Shown: positions 11,548 to 28,670 of the stretch, in pieces
How the letters are laid out: every line of letters starts with the position of its first letter
How positions within the stretch are numbered: position 1 is the first letter of the stretch
Origin: Sphagnum compactum
Taxonomy: Eukaryota
Reading direction: 5' to 3'
Length of the DNA stretch: 64,000 bases
NCBI GenBank assembly: GCA_965153455.1
Contig: OZ234494.1
Location: forward strand, 9,858,001 to 9,922,000
Translations under genes and position numbers: made by a program
The notes under the pieces: generated by a model
Database searches by the model: none
What the model was told of the DNA's origin: nothing
The model's input: the letters and a program-made list of their open reading frames with translations, nothing else

Positions 11548-14330
11548 TGTTAGGTGAACATTGCTTAGTTTTTGCTGATTGTTTTTTTTGTGTCTCACTT
11601 GCGTGCAATAAAACTTGTTTTGTACTATTCAAGATTCATGTATGTATATGTCTACTTTGTACAGGTTATGAGCTCACATAACGAGTCAATTAATCTGTTG
11701 AGAAGAATGTAAACTTTTACATTCAAATTTATAGAATAGTAGCTTCTTGGTTCTTGAGAAATTCTTCAAATGAGTGTTAAGGTTTATCATGTAAGGTAGC
11801 TTCAGTTTGAAATTTTCTTCATTTTTTATTGTCTTGATTCTCAAAGAAGTGGTGATTCGGGCTTGTTTTTATATTCCATAAACATGGTACAATTTTCTTG
11901 TTGCTGAAAAATGGATAACTTAGCATGAGTATCAAGGATGAAGTGAAGGAGATTGCAAGAGAGAAAAATTCAATGGAGAGAATTTCCATATGTAGAAGTT
12001 TCACATGAGATTCATCTTCCAAGCCAAGGAGTTATGGTCAATCGTGGAAGGGATAGAGATACTCGTCATAACAACAAAATAGGTTGCGTGGCATAAACAT
12101 GATAAACAAGCTACAATATGCATATTGCAATTCAGTGATAGAGTGCCTATGAAGCAACTCATCAATTGTGTTACAACCACTGTGATATGTGGGGAATTCT
12201 GAATGTCATAGATAATCAAAGAACAAAAGAAAACATTGCGCACTTGCAAGAAAATGATAATATTTCCATGTACATTAGTACTAATTCTGCTCTAGGGAAG
12301 AAACTGAATGATCTAAGAGAAAGCATTAATGATAGACAATTGCTTACCAAAATCAAGGTTGGATTACCACCTAACTATGAACTTTTTGTTACTAGCCTAG
12401 AACAATGTACCTATTGCAAAGTAGACAATGAAATCCTTTCATGCTAGACTTTTGAAGAGGGAGTTGACACTCAAGAATAGCGCAAAAGATACTGATGTGA
12501 AGAATGACAAAACATTTTTTTGCAAGGAAGAGTATTGGTAGTGGAGGTCATAGCTAGAAAAAGATCCTCACACTAGAATAATCAAAGGAAATAACACACC
12601 ACATTGTTGAATCGAAAAAGAAAACAACCTATCATGGTTATGGTGAATTAGGTCATTGATAGAAAGAGTGTCCAAACACCAAGAAAAGTGAAGGAGGTTA
12701 AACTAACAAGAGTGAAGCCAATGTCGTAGAGGTAGATGCATTCATGTTCATAAATGAAATTGTTGATTCACAATCAATACTAGTAAAGCCTTAGATGTCT
12801 AATAAAAAGTTTCCCATGCTACTAGAAAGTCAAGCATTTGATACACATGTTACTTCAAGTGAAGATGCATGGTATGCAAATACAATTGCATCCCAACACA
12901 TGACAAACAATAAACATTGGTTTTGAGAGTTGAAGCCTATTAAACTAGGGGTTTGGAGAATTAAAGTAGCCATAGATGCAAATATTTGGGTTTTAGGATT
13001 GAAAGCATTGAGATTAAGTCTTTTGTTCATGGTGTTTGGGGAAGAGAATCGTACAAAATGCATTATATGTTCAAGATTTGCAAAAAAATATGATGTCTAA
13101 GGGACATGACTATCAAAAGGATTGTTGATGTTTATGACAAAGATATTTTAAACCATATTCAAAGAAAGATGGAGACAAATTGTAAACCAAAGTAGTTTCA
13201 TCCCCTAGTAAACATCCTAACGATTTGGTTCACTTAATCAATTAGGGGATCTTTGAGGAAGGATTAAACTAAGAACCTATTTCCTATAGAAGATGAGGAC
13301 CATGTGTGGATTAAGTATTAAAAAAATTTGGACGATGAGAATTTCTTTTAAATAACATGGTAGAGGAAGGGAAAGAAGAAATATGGCGATGGTGGGTGAG
13401 TGTTTAGGTAGGAGAATCATGTTGTACTTCAATATACAAGGAATATATTGAGAGTGAAAATTGTGGATCTTGAATACGTATTCTGATTTTTCTTTATTTT
13501 TTTTGCCTTGATTTTTTTGGATGTGTGAGTGTAAGTTTAACTTTCCATTAAATATTATAGTTCTTTTTGTTTTTTGGATCACCTTTTTTTTAGTTTTATT
13601 TAGAATGGCTTTCTATAGTTTTTGGAGTATGATGGTAGCTACAATAAAAGGTAGTTGCTAGAAAGTAGTGCACATAATGATGAAGATAACATGGGGGAAT
13701 TATTGTTTTACAATTTAAAATTATTTTTCTTAAGATTGGAAGGTACTACCTTCTAGTCACTTAAATTGTCTAGGAACTATTTTTTGTAAGTTCTATGTTT
13801 GATTACTTTGAAGTAACTTCTCTTTCCCATCTTTTGATGTTTTGTGTTTTTTTTCTTTTGTGTGTTTTACCCAACTACCGTCCTTGGTGGTTGGGTTCAT
13901 GGTTATTTAACTACACCATACACTCCAAAACAAAATGAAATTGTAAAGAGAGAAAATAGAACATTTGTTGAAAGTGTTGGATGCATGATACATGGTCATA
14001 GTATTCCTATGAATTTTTGGGGGCAAGTTGTTTAGAGTGCAATTTGTGTTAAATTGCACTTGTTCACAAACCCTAGAGAGAATGATTCCATTGCAAGCTT
14101 GATGCAAACATAAGCCTTATGTGGTAAACAAACCTAAAGGTCTCTGGAAGTGATGTTTATGTGCACATTCCGAAAGAACTTAAAAGCAAATTGGACTCCA
14201 AGAGTAGTGAATGTGTGTTTCTATGATGTAATGCTAAAGGTAAAGCCTACAAGCTTTGGGACAAATTGAACAATAAAATTGTGATTAGCAAGGATGTTAT
14301 TTTTCATGAAAATGCTTAAGTCCATGTAGA
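11548..14330 (+). mobile_element. Decayed Ty1/copia LTR retrotransposon (candidate 5' LTR, PBS, gag, zinc knuckle, protease, integrase remnants)
   Basis: Gag N-terminus KFNGENFHM*KFHMRFIFQAKELWSIVEG (about 11965-12052); UBN2-like LNDLRESINDRQLLTKIKVGLPPNYELFV; knuckle remnant YHGYGELGH**KECP (about 12630-12675); protease remnant AWYANTIASQHMT (about 12865-12905); integrase PYTPKQNEIVKRENRTFVESVGCM..FW and VYVHIPKELKSKLDSKS..KAYKLWD..IVISKDVIFHE (about 13910-14310). Many stops and frameshifts; domain order is copia-type. No 3' LTR found. Confidence 0.88.
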
Positions 14331-17300
14331 AGTTATAGTACCCAATCACAAACAAATTCATGTCATACATCTCATTGAAGATCTTCAGTTGCACATTGAG
14401 ACAACAAAAGCATTACAAGGGCTTACATCATTCAACCAACATGAGTAGTACATGGTCATGCAACATTTGACATTATCCTTGAAGAAGGTGCTAACAAGTT
14501 AAATGTTGATCTTGGGATCAACAATTCCATTCATGAAAATGCAAGAACACATTTTGAAGGTTTTAATGTGTTTTATCAATAAGCTAAGGACAATCACCTT
14601 GAATATGCAATTGGATAGTCACATGGACCATTAAGTCAATATGGTGATTATTTAGTTCTATCATGGACCTATACTTCTTTTTCTTGTGCAATGAAACAAA
14701 GGATTAAAGATACGATGTCATGAATGTTTTGGGAATCTAAAGTTCACAAAAATTTGAACACAAATATCTATTAAACCTACATTGTTACACCTTTCACACC
14801 TTTCAAATCTAAAGTGACTCTCATATTTCAATATTCTAAAACAAAGCAATGACATATTGCCCTTGTGCTTGAGGTTTTAAATACTTGGCTTGATAGTTGA
14901 TGCATTCATAATAAGTGTTTCATGTTTTTGGATCATTTATCTTTTTTTATGGATAACCTTCAAATATTTTAGACAAATATTGATATATTATATTGGTATA
15001 TTGACTTTGGTTCATTGTTCATTCCAACTTCTTATAAACATGACACCTAAATAAATTTATTTATTTGTTTCACACATAAATCATTTTCAATATCTTTATT
15101 TGCACAATTGTTCTATTGTGTTACTAGATTGGCACCTAACAACACTATTGAAACTAACAAAGTTACACACATAACAACATGCACACATTAAAACTCATGA
15201 ACTTTGACATAATCTGTGCCTCACACATGTTGTGCTTTAAAATTTCATACCACCAAAAACTTGACACTCCTTGAACATAATGCCCTCATGTACAATGTCT
15301 TTTGAGACCAAATACAATTGAGCTTGGTTCCAACAAATAATCATAGGAAATTAATATTTTGTAATATGTTTTGATAGTTTTGACATACTTGTTGTCAATT
15401 ACTTGATATCTATTATACTTGGCACATAATGCACATATGAATTTATTAATTAAATAACCTTTTTGCACATTCAACTTTTCTCATAGTTCAAGTCTCCAAT
15501 GCCAAATACCAATAATCCATACACTATGTAATTAATGTTGTCCCATGCCATTTCCCAAATATTGGACTCCAATGGACTCCCTTACTTCCTTAGTTTGATT
15601 TGTTTTCTTTTTTGGTGAAGTAGGTGATTTGACAAAATTTAAGTCATACAACTTTCATAAACTTGCACAGCTTTGCTAGTGTAATGATATGCATTGGTCA
15701 TTATATAAATTAAAAATTAAAAATTTGAATTGCAGTTTTAGGAAGGGTTTTTTGCTTATGTATTCCACTTTTTTGATAGTCAACTAGGTCAATTGGCAAA
15801 AGTAGTTGTTATGGAATAGTATTATGGTAGCTATGTTTGGGAGCCCCAAAGAATTGAGTAGGAAGACATTGATAAAGAACATGAGAAACATTTTGCACTA
15901 AGATGGAAATAACTTACTAGGAAACGTAACCTTGATACATAAGACCATGCCCAACTCAAAACATGCCTCTTACAACCCAAGAAAGGTATTAGCAAATAAA
16001 CAAGGAGCCACTTGGAAAGATGAAAGACAAAAAAAATTGGGGCAATCCATGTAGGACTAAGAAAAATTATTAGAGCTTGTTTATAACCTTGTTCCTTTCG
16101 TATTCCGGGCAAGCTCGCATCCAACTTATACTAGGCAAGCAATTCACAACAAAGAGCATTCATCATGTGAAAATGATAGTAATAAAAAGGTATATAGTGA
16201 GTGATCCACATGAGAAACTATGTTAGATCCATGTGAGTAATGAAATTAAATATTAATCATTGAATGAAACCGTGCTTGAGCTTTGTTGTTGCCCAATAAC
16301 AACCATTTTATTGACAAATAATGTTGAAATGAGTGATGATGTCAAGATGAAGAGGGAAAGTTCTTTTCACATCTCAATGCAATTAGTAGTGTGAGATTAT
16401 CTCTAAGGTGTTCATAATCTCAACTCAAGAAATGATGTTCTAATTCCATGGACATAACTAAAAAGACATTTAGGTATTTAGCTCAGACACTTTTTTTCAC
16501 AACAATATTGAAACCTTCTTGCATGGCTAGCAACACCCAATGTGTGAATAGATGTTCATGTGCTGACAAATTGGCCAATGACCACCGAGTGTTTTTAAAC
16601 TCCGATAATGACAATTAAGATTTAGGGTTGTCCACCGTCAGACATTTAATCCATCGTTACTTGTGTGACAAAATGCAACATGCAGCCAAAGTAGTGTAGC
16701 CATTAAAATGAATAAAACACCATTCATCGTCAACACCCACTGTTTCGGCAAATACGAAGCAACTTGAAACCTCACTAATGACCTATATAGTGGATTAGAG
16801 TAGAACTTGTGAAACTAGCCTTGGAAAATTGTTTGATCTGCAACGAAATCGTAGCTACACATAAATATTTCTCTTCTAAGTTAATTTGATTATCAAGGTG
16901 TATACAAGTTGCCAAAATGGAAATAATTTAATGCAACCACAATAAGCTCTGCACAAGCAAGAACTTTTTGTATGTTTATGCAACCAGGCTCCTCATTAGG
17001 CTAATAACAAGTAGTTTATATTTTGACATCCATCTTCACTTAAAGCACTAGATTTGAGACACATTGTCCTTAAAGGACCTATGAGCGTTGTACTTCTTCC
17101 TTCATATTGGTAGAGGCAAGGATTGAAGCACCAAAGAGTAATTTGAAGTGGAATTTCAGTGGATGTTATGAATGAGCCATGATGGCAAACCAAGATGACA
17201 ACAAATCACTCTACCTAATCGTTGTCTAGAACCTGTGTAGACTTGAAAGATCTAACTACACTGAACCACATTCTCATACAACAATAAAGAAGGACCAAAG

Positions 17301-18368
17301 GAAAAAATAGAACCCATAAACCTTGGTCTAAGCTGCCGAGTAGTTAGTTGTGGGCCACATTAATCTTGCTCCAAGTGCAGTACATTATGCACCTTAAACC
17401 CTACCACCCATACTCATTAGTACTTCAAGCTTACATGGTACAATTATCTATCAAGGCCAAGAAGGATGATGCCATGCCACCCATAAGCCAAACATGCAAA
17501 TGGATATTTATATGAGTTGGTTGCAGCAACCATCAACCTACCTTCACAACCTAGTACCACCAATGAATGCGGCAATCTAAAAATTTGGCTACAAATCTCC
17601 TTCGGGTGTTGGTGCAAGTTTGTTGAGCATCCCTCCCATGTGCATGGAACAAAGCTAGTGATCGAAGGAAAGAATATAAAGGAGGGAGGGTTGGCTCCAT
17701 TCGGGGTGTTGGTCATGGCCCAAGTTGTGAACCCATTGATGATGCTGATCAGGCCTTAGGCAATCTCACCTCAGATCAGTGACTTGGACATGGCAAAAGG
17801 GTTGTTGCCAGAGAATGTGGGACACTTGTGCCAGACATTCATGGCAGCATGTTGTCAACATGAAACCCAAATACATGATGTCCAGCATTGCCTGCATTAT
17901 GGTGACTATCATATGAATCCTGTTCTACGAGCTCTATCAACAACAGATTTCCTAGAACTCCCCACTGCCAATCCCACAAAACATGAACCTGCTGGTCTTG
18001 CGTAAAAATGGTCTCAAAATCACATTTGGCCAAATAAGTAGTAACATACAACCAAAGATATAAGACCTTATCCTTGAGAATAGAGCTGAGAACTGATTTG
18101 TTATACAAATTCCTACACTGGCTAAAAGGGTAAACTAAACAACAACTGTCGTGGCCACCAGAGAGGGAAACGAGCATTTTCTTCCAAAACTTTGAGATCC
18201 CACTGAACCAGAATAGTTGACAAACTATTTGACTCAGATATATAGTACGTATTTATGAACCACCCGACAGATCTACATATTAGGATTTTTCAAATTCCAC
18301 TACTAAGCAATCATGCCCGAATGAGTCCATGGGTGGGTGAGTAAAAACCTAAAACCTAGGTCATAAAA

Positions 18369-20533
18369 TTAATTACCTTGTTCAGCAGAGCTTTCTAATT
18401 CCAAGATTTTGTGTGACTTCACATTTTGTGGTGGTGGAGGCGAGAACACCGTTTCGTCAGCTGGGATTAATTCAATGGGCACCACTAGCTCACTGTCTCG
18501 AATAGGTACCATGGAAGAAATGGGAAGGGGTTGAATGGAGGAAGAAGAAGGGACAGCACCCGGCATTGTCATCATGTCTATGCCATCTCCTCCATTTGGA
18601 ACAAGCCTTGGTGGTGAGTTTCCTGGTGTGTGTACCCTTCTCTTTGTATAGAACTTGTCATCTTTAATGTCGTATGCCTCTGCAGTGCGCACCTCCTGGC
18701 AAAGAGAGCAGAAGCCACAGAATAACCATTGTGTGCAATCAGTCATCCCAGGTTGCCCACAACACCATTTATTTGGAGGTAGATTGTATCTTTCTCTCAT
18801 TCGGATGCGCCAAAAGCCTCCATACAGTAAGCCAAACACACACAAAACAATCCCTGTTGCTCCCAAACTATGGCGCACATACCTGTGTAACGATTACCAC
18901 CCACCAACCCACAGCAGGTACATTAGAAGACATCAAGAAAGCCTTGCTGAATTCCCACACAATGCAATTCCAGTACCCGATTTCATATGAGTTGGCAGAA
19001 AAAAATTGCTGGGAGCATAGCATACCCGTTATTGACATTGATTGCCGCTAGATCAAATACGAGAAAGGGTGCAGCACAAAGGAGAAGAAAGGTGACAACG
19101 TGCACATAGCGATTGCCAAACCCCATTCGATCCAGATTCCATCCAAGTACACATGGAAGACAAGCAGCTGAGAATAGAGTTATTGTGGGTTCCTCGTAGC
19201 AGTCAAACAAGCCACCTTCCCATTCTGGATGCTCCACAAACCTTCCCTCTTTGGATGCAAATGACATCCTTTTCTCCAGCAGCTTATAGTTATGACGCAA
19301 GTGGAATATAGAGGGTTGGACCTTGGGTTCACCTCTCTCAATTTTATCTGCTTCAATCTCATTGTCCTCCAAATTGACTTTTTGTTGTACCTCATCATCC
19401 TCAATGTGTTCCTCAAAATCCTTTCCCAGAGGACTCACCGAATTGTAGATGCCAGCAGCAGCTGCAGCTCCAAAAGATGTAGCAAGGGTGATGCCAACAC
19501 CAAATGGAGGTCGATTTGCTCTTCTGTATCCCCAATTCAGTCCACAGAGTGCATACTGCGCAAAGCAATTCAACTGCAGCAGAAGCACAACCACAAGCAT
19601 GTGGACCCATTCATTCGGCTTTCGCAATCCACCTTTGCAATACACCTGTCGCAGCTTGATGATATCTTTCGGATGCCATCTTATCAACCATACCGTGTGC
19701 AGGATTCTTGTGGGATGCACGTAAAGCACCATGAGAGTGAAGAGTGCATTCAATATCTGGTTTGAAACTTCAAACCAAGTATCTCTACTGCTCTTCTTTG
19801 GAATCACGGCATTCAACATCCCCACCATGACCATGAAGAGGATAGCTCCTGCCACGGCAACTGCGATCACCCATACGAGGAGTGCTAGATTCTTGGGATT
19901 TCGAAGCCATTCCTTGGTGTGCTCCTTCAGTTCCTCCCATTTCACATCTCCAATCAGAGGCAATGTGATTCCATATTTCAGAGTCCACTCGTTTGGAGAA
20001 GGCGTTTGCCTGGAGATCTCTTCCTTTTCCTCTTTGATCCGTGCAAAAGTTGCTGATGGTGTCAGAAGGATTCTTGCTGGGTTTATGATTGTCTCTCGTA
20101 TAGGAGATGCCCCCAGTTGAGGGGAGCTGCTCCCACTTGCCATTCCTCCTTCCTTCACTCCTCCTCCTACTCCTCTCAATTTCTTGCGTTTTGGTGTAGT
20201 CATCTCTGAGCCAACCTCAGATTCATCCACACTTGCCCTTTGACTTCCTAGCAATTCTCTCAGAGACCACGATGAGGTTAACTCAGCTTGAGGATTCTCA
20301 CTCGGTGGTTTTGGCACCTCATGCTCATCTGTAGGCCCCATTCTGCTGCTGCACTTCACAGCTTTGCCATTCCTGTTCCTTTTCGGGTTCTCTTCTGCTT
20401 CAAGTTCAAATTCTTCCATGCTTTTCCTTCGACTTGCGAGCAGGTCTCGGAAAGACCATCCCCTAAAAGATTCAGCTCGGGAAACCTCATTCGGATGATG
20501 ATTCCCACCTTTCTTACTGTTCCCCCTTTCCAT
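18369..20533 (-). CDS. PLAC8-family Cys-rich membrane protein with a DUF2985-type N-terminal TM region (about 673 aa); exons 20533-19026 and 18882-18369
   Basis: TM region WLRNPKNLALLVW..WFEVSNQILNALFTLM. PLAC8 motifs WEGGLFDC, CLPCVLG, RIRMRERYNLP and WLFCGFCSLCQEVR. The GT-AG intron 19025-18883 (phase 2) joins ORF 18983-20533 to ORF 18369-18878. Confidence 0.9.
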
Positions 20534-23500
20534 CTTCTGTGCCTCAGGAGGTCTAGAACACTACCCTCCTATATGGATGATACAAACTGCAACTCAACTT
20601 CAGAATCGTTTAAAACCTTGCTCCCACTTTCCCCATAATCCCTCACCGACCCAGATGATCAAATCGGGTTTGGTCTCTTTGACAACATTCTTGCACCCAT
20701 TTCTCAGCAGCCCACTGCCTGAAGTGCAAGTCCATCAGTCAATTGATGCAAAGTGCCAAGCAGTTCAGAGCCATTCTGTATTGGAAATGAACAAAGTCTG
20801 TCCTCTTCACTGAAAGATCCCAATCTGGTCACAAGGACCTCTATCTTTTAGACTGAAAGATCTCAATTTGGAAATGTCACTTGAGCAAAGTACCAGACCC
20901 ATCACCTTCATCATGAATGGCCAAGTGAATAGCCACCAACATCCTTAGTCCTTACTCCCTCCTGACTGAATTTGTCAGCTCCCAATGATGCAAGTGCAGA
21001 TGGGTATGTAACAATCTGCTCCAACTTTCAGGCAAACAATTTCGGAGTCATATTGCTAGCTAGCACTGAAGAGACACATTTAATACAAAATCCAATAGTT
21101 ACTATCCTCATGAATAGCTGGAAAAAATAATCTTGTGAGGATAAATTTGTAGCTTGCTTCTGTAAAAGCAAGAAGCATGTAAGCTGAAGGAAGGCATACA
21201 AGAGGCCAACTACATCAAGGGTAGTGGTTGGGACCTACACGGTGATGAAACTCTAGAAGCTATATCTTCAAACTGGTGAAAGAGAAGAATCCGGGACTTT
21301 GAAGGAATCCCCAAAATCTTTGCTTAATTCTTGCAGGTGAATAAGGGCCATACATACACTCACATGTAGGTCATGTGTTATACCCTATTTACAGCACACA
21401 TCTAGATGTAGAATGCTGTATTGCAAAACCCCAGGATTAACTACAGAGAAGATTTGCACTCTTCAGACACAGCCAATTTCAACTGGAAAATCAAAGGAGA
21501 GAATTTGAAATCTTCGTCCTCAGACACACCAAAAAACACACCCAATTTCAGCTGAAAACCCAGAATTCACTAACACTGCTTTTGCCACAAAACCTCCAGA
21601 ACCTCACACATCCCCTGCTAAAATCCACAACACATCAGTAGTCAACCATAGATCAGTGTCCAAAGTGCTACTATAGGATTGTAACCTAAACTTTCAAGCC
21701 AGAAATCAGAACCCCACGCATCAAGCTAGTTTGCAAGGATATGAGGCAAACAAGGGAATTGGTGATTTTGTCAGTTGTTTAAAAAGTAACTTGCTATTAT
21801 TATCACAAAACACAACGATCCATGTCTCTCTTCTCCATCTTATTAGTCTCTCTAACAGCCAAAGAGAATACAGAAACTACTTGAAACACCCCAAAACGCA
21901 ACAACTCCACTACCAAGCTAATTCCAGTGCTCTTCAATCACACTAAGCTATTTCAAGTGCACAAAGACAAGACTAGATTCTTCCAAGTCCTAGAAACACA
22001 AAGAGAGGGCCAACTCCACCTAGCCAAAAAGGCTACAAATTTAGCATCACAGACTTTGAACAGAACCCAAGTCCCAGGTTCTCCCACTCCAGGAAACAAG
22101 TGTCTCATAAACTCAAAGAAAAAACTAGCAAAACACATACAATCAGTTCATAAAAACTTCAAAAACCAAAAAGAAAACACAACTTACCTGGCCCCCTGTT
22201 TTTTTGGGGGGGGTCAAAGCTCTCTCAAAGCAGCAGCACCAGAGCTTTTCCTTGAGACAGTTCCCCACCCCACATTGGGTGATCCCTCTTCCAGGGTCAC
22301 CAAAGCCTAGATACCCAAAAAGCATGGGATTGTAAAAGAGCAAAGAGACAAAATAACAAAGAAGATGGTTGATGTTCAGTAGTAAAGTTTGAAGAGTTAT
22401 TGATATTCGATTCTTGCTTAAGAAAAAGTGATTTTTTTAATTCCTTTTTGGAATCAAGTTTGTGACTGATTTTTACATCAATTTTGCAACTACATAAAAA
22501 TGGTAAGGAGCAAAGACTTGGTGGTTTTTTCCTTTTTCAACTTTATTTATTTATTTGTTTGTTTGTTTGTTTGTTTATTGGGGGAGTTTTTTGAGGAGTT
22601 GGGTACTTTGGGTTTTCCAGGGGAAAGGAATTTCTTCACCAGACAAAATGTGCTTCCCTTGTGTGAAAGCACCAATTTGGTGTGGAAGGGTTTAGGGTTT
22701 TACATACCAAGAGAAAATGCCTTAAAATAAGCTCCTCCTGACAAAAGCTGCAAACCTCATCCATTTCATCAGTTGACTGGTTTAGGCTTTCCTAAAAGGG
22801 AGATGCAAGCCTCATCCATTTGAAGGCTGAATTCAGGTAGCAATATGGTTGCTCACCATGCAACTTCCACTCCTTATGGACCGACCATCCATTCTCACAT
22901 CTCATTTGTCAATTGATGTTGATAATTGTGCTACTTAGTTTCCTTCTCTTTTTCCTTGCCTCGTCTTTGTTGGATTCTATTTCAACAAAATTGATCGGAT
23001 TTACATCATTTGTTCAAATCCAAAGCTCTAGCTACTTCCTGACTTCCATCCTTTCAGGACACACCCCCCTCTCCCTTTCTTTTTTTTATGTATATCTTTG
23101 TACATTTTTCGAATCTGTGATGTGTTTATACAAATAGTTTTGTGAGTTTTAATAATAAAGCCTAGATTGTGAAACACGATAGTAATTTGCACAACGCATA
23201 ATAGGCCGCCTCCAAGAATGTCTTCAAAACCCTACAATATCAAGATAGGTCCATTTGTATTACCCCTTATTTTTTCTCAAGCCGTTTTGTAGTTTGTACA
23301 TGGCTAGAGATGATGGGAAGAAATGGTCAATGGGAAAATTCGAGCTTGTGTGAGCTTGTCTCCAGCTTCCTTACATTTGTTATTTTCTCAACCTGAATAG
23401 TACTTTGGAAAGAGGCACGATGGGAGTGACTTTCTTTGCCAACAAATGTGAGGTTGGGCCCCTATTTGGACCAAGGTTTGTTTAACCCGTCCAATTTGAC

Positions 23501-23639
23501 AAGGCAAAAACTAGGCTTTGCCATTGCGAGGCATTTTTCACCTAAATCCCACATGCCATCACTTTGCTTTGTGAGACTCGTTGGATTGAGTCTATAACAC
23601 CTTAACACTAGAAGTACACTAATGTGCAAGCCAATTTCC

Positions 23640-23980
23640 AGTATCCCGAACTATTCCCAAACTATTCTTCCCTCAAGCTTTCTAGGGGTTTTTGGCCAAA
23701 TTATCGAGGTCAAAAACTCTTGGTCGGCTGGCCGTAGGCGAGGAAAAAACCGGTGGCCATAAGTTTTAATACCCTTCAAGGTTACCAGAAAAGTTTCAAC
23801 TGATACCCTTTGAAGTTTTCGGAAAATCCGGTTCTCGATGGGGAGAGAATCGACAGGCAGGCAGCTTCTCAAAAAGGTTATCACTTGATGCAAAAAACTT
23901 CCGGTTCTCATTTTGAGAATCGGGCGGGCTGAAAACCTTAAAGGTTCTCTCACTGAAAAAGTGAGAACCGCCCAACACTG
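23640..23980. mobile_element. Truncated hAT-type element end
   Basis: Ends in gagaaccgcccaacactg, identical to the terminus at 45935-45952, and carries internal ccggttctc motifs. No matching left TIR found. Confidence 0.5.
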
Positions 23981-24552
23981 GATATTACACCTACTCCTTA
24001 ACTGAGAAAGTGCACATCCTCTCCCGTGCCAACGTGCATAGGACCGATATTACACCTACTCAATAAAAGAGAGGAACAGATCTTACACCTATAAATAAAT
24101 AGGTGTAAGATCCGTGTGCTTAAGAGTAGGTGTAAGATCCATCCCACTCCAAGGGGTTGGAATTGGCCATAGCTGGCCCACTCTTGAACGTTACAGGCAG
24201 GGAATCCGGAAAAGAAAGGCCACATTTATGCCGGATTTGCCTGGGTGGCAGATTCGGGCCACCACCCAGGCCAAAGTGGACACCGAGCCAGACCACCCCA
24301 CCTCCTTGCCACCCACCTGAGTTCCGACGCCTTGCCTAGCAAGTGTTCTCTTTCAAGAGCTTGCCCACACTCGACTCTTGCATCATCCAAAAGCTACTCT
24401 CCTTTTGATGCCAAGAGGAGTGTAATTTTAAAAGAGAGCCTTGGGACCACCACTTTGACCACAGGCACCAAATTTCGGACGATGCAAAGCACCTTAAGAG
24501 TGGGTTCTATTCAGGTCCAATGTTGGAATGCTACCTAGTCTCGTCCACAAGT

Positions 24553-24636
24553 AGGGCCCAATGTTCAAACCCTAACCCCTAAATCCAACATGCAAGGGCC
24601 CAATGTTCAAACTTCCAACCCGAAATCCAACATGCT
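24553..24636. repeat. 42-bp tandem duplication
   Basis: agggcccaatgttcaaac..aaatccaacatgc occurs twice in tandem. Confidence 0.8.
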
Positions 24637-25527
24637 TGAAACCCTTCCAACTCAACATCCTCTCCATGTACACCCAATAGGCACATACAAAAGATTGCAT
24701 TCCTCGTAAAAATTTGCCCAGCATCTGCATCTAGATCATGGTCCCTACTATTAGGCTTCAGCATCCTCTTCATATTCTCTTCGTATTGGGTTTGCATTCA
24801 TGCTATATATCAACAACACATACTAGATGCTAATGCTCCACAATATGAGAAAGAGGACTCATGCTGATGTGAGTTTTGTCAGTGCATTTGTTAGCTCATG
24901 AGATGACAAGAAAAAATCTAAAAACATCATCTGATGCTTATCTTCATCTGCAATGTGGTGCCATCTAATGATTCACATCATCTAATAAGAGCCTTGCATC
25001 TGGATCCAAAAACACAGCACCAAGAAACTTGGCACTCCCATATGTTGCAATTGAGCATTGTTGTATAGAGGTTGTGAAGAAAGGCAAAATCACCAAAATA
25101 GATTCAATTTTGGATCCAAATGTAGATTGCAAAAGGGTTGGTTCACCTAAAACAGACAAAAAGAGTCACAGGTTTCAGTCTCCTGCTAAAGGTCAATCTT
25201 TGTAGGCCACACTGATGGAGGCAAAGCTCCAGCTTCTTCAACATGGCTAAACAGGGATGCTACACAGCCCCCTAATGTCCTTTGTCACATCTGACAAAAC
25301 CTATAGCTGGTAACAAACAATTTTTATCAGAAACAAAAACAAACTTTGCAGCACCTATACATTAAATTCTTGGACAAGTGACTTGTCTGCATGCTGAAAA
25401 ATTCTCTGTTTTCAAGACCCCAAATTTACATCTTCAATGAAATAGTGTCATCAGGACCTAATGTCCAACTCTTTTGTAACAGGGAACTACAAAAGCCAAA
25501 GCTCTCTCTCTCTCTCTCTCTCTCCCA

Positions 25528-28670
<3,143 letters not shown>

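Noticed and set aside
14800..15480. Possible minus-strand hAT fragment (CxxC..LKRH)
   Set aside because: Too degenerate to support without an alignment.
17400..18000. Moderately GC-rich stretch with short ORFs on both strands
   Set aside because: No family recognised and no consistent long frame.
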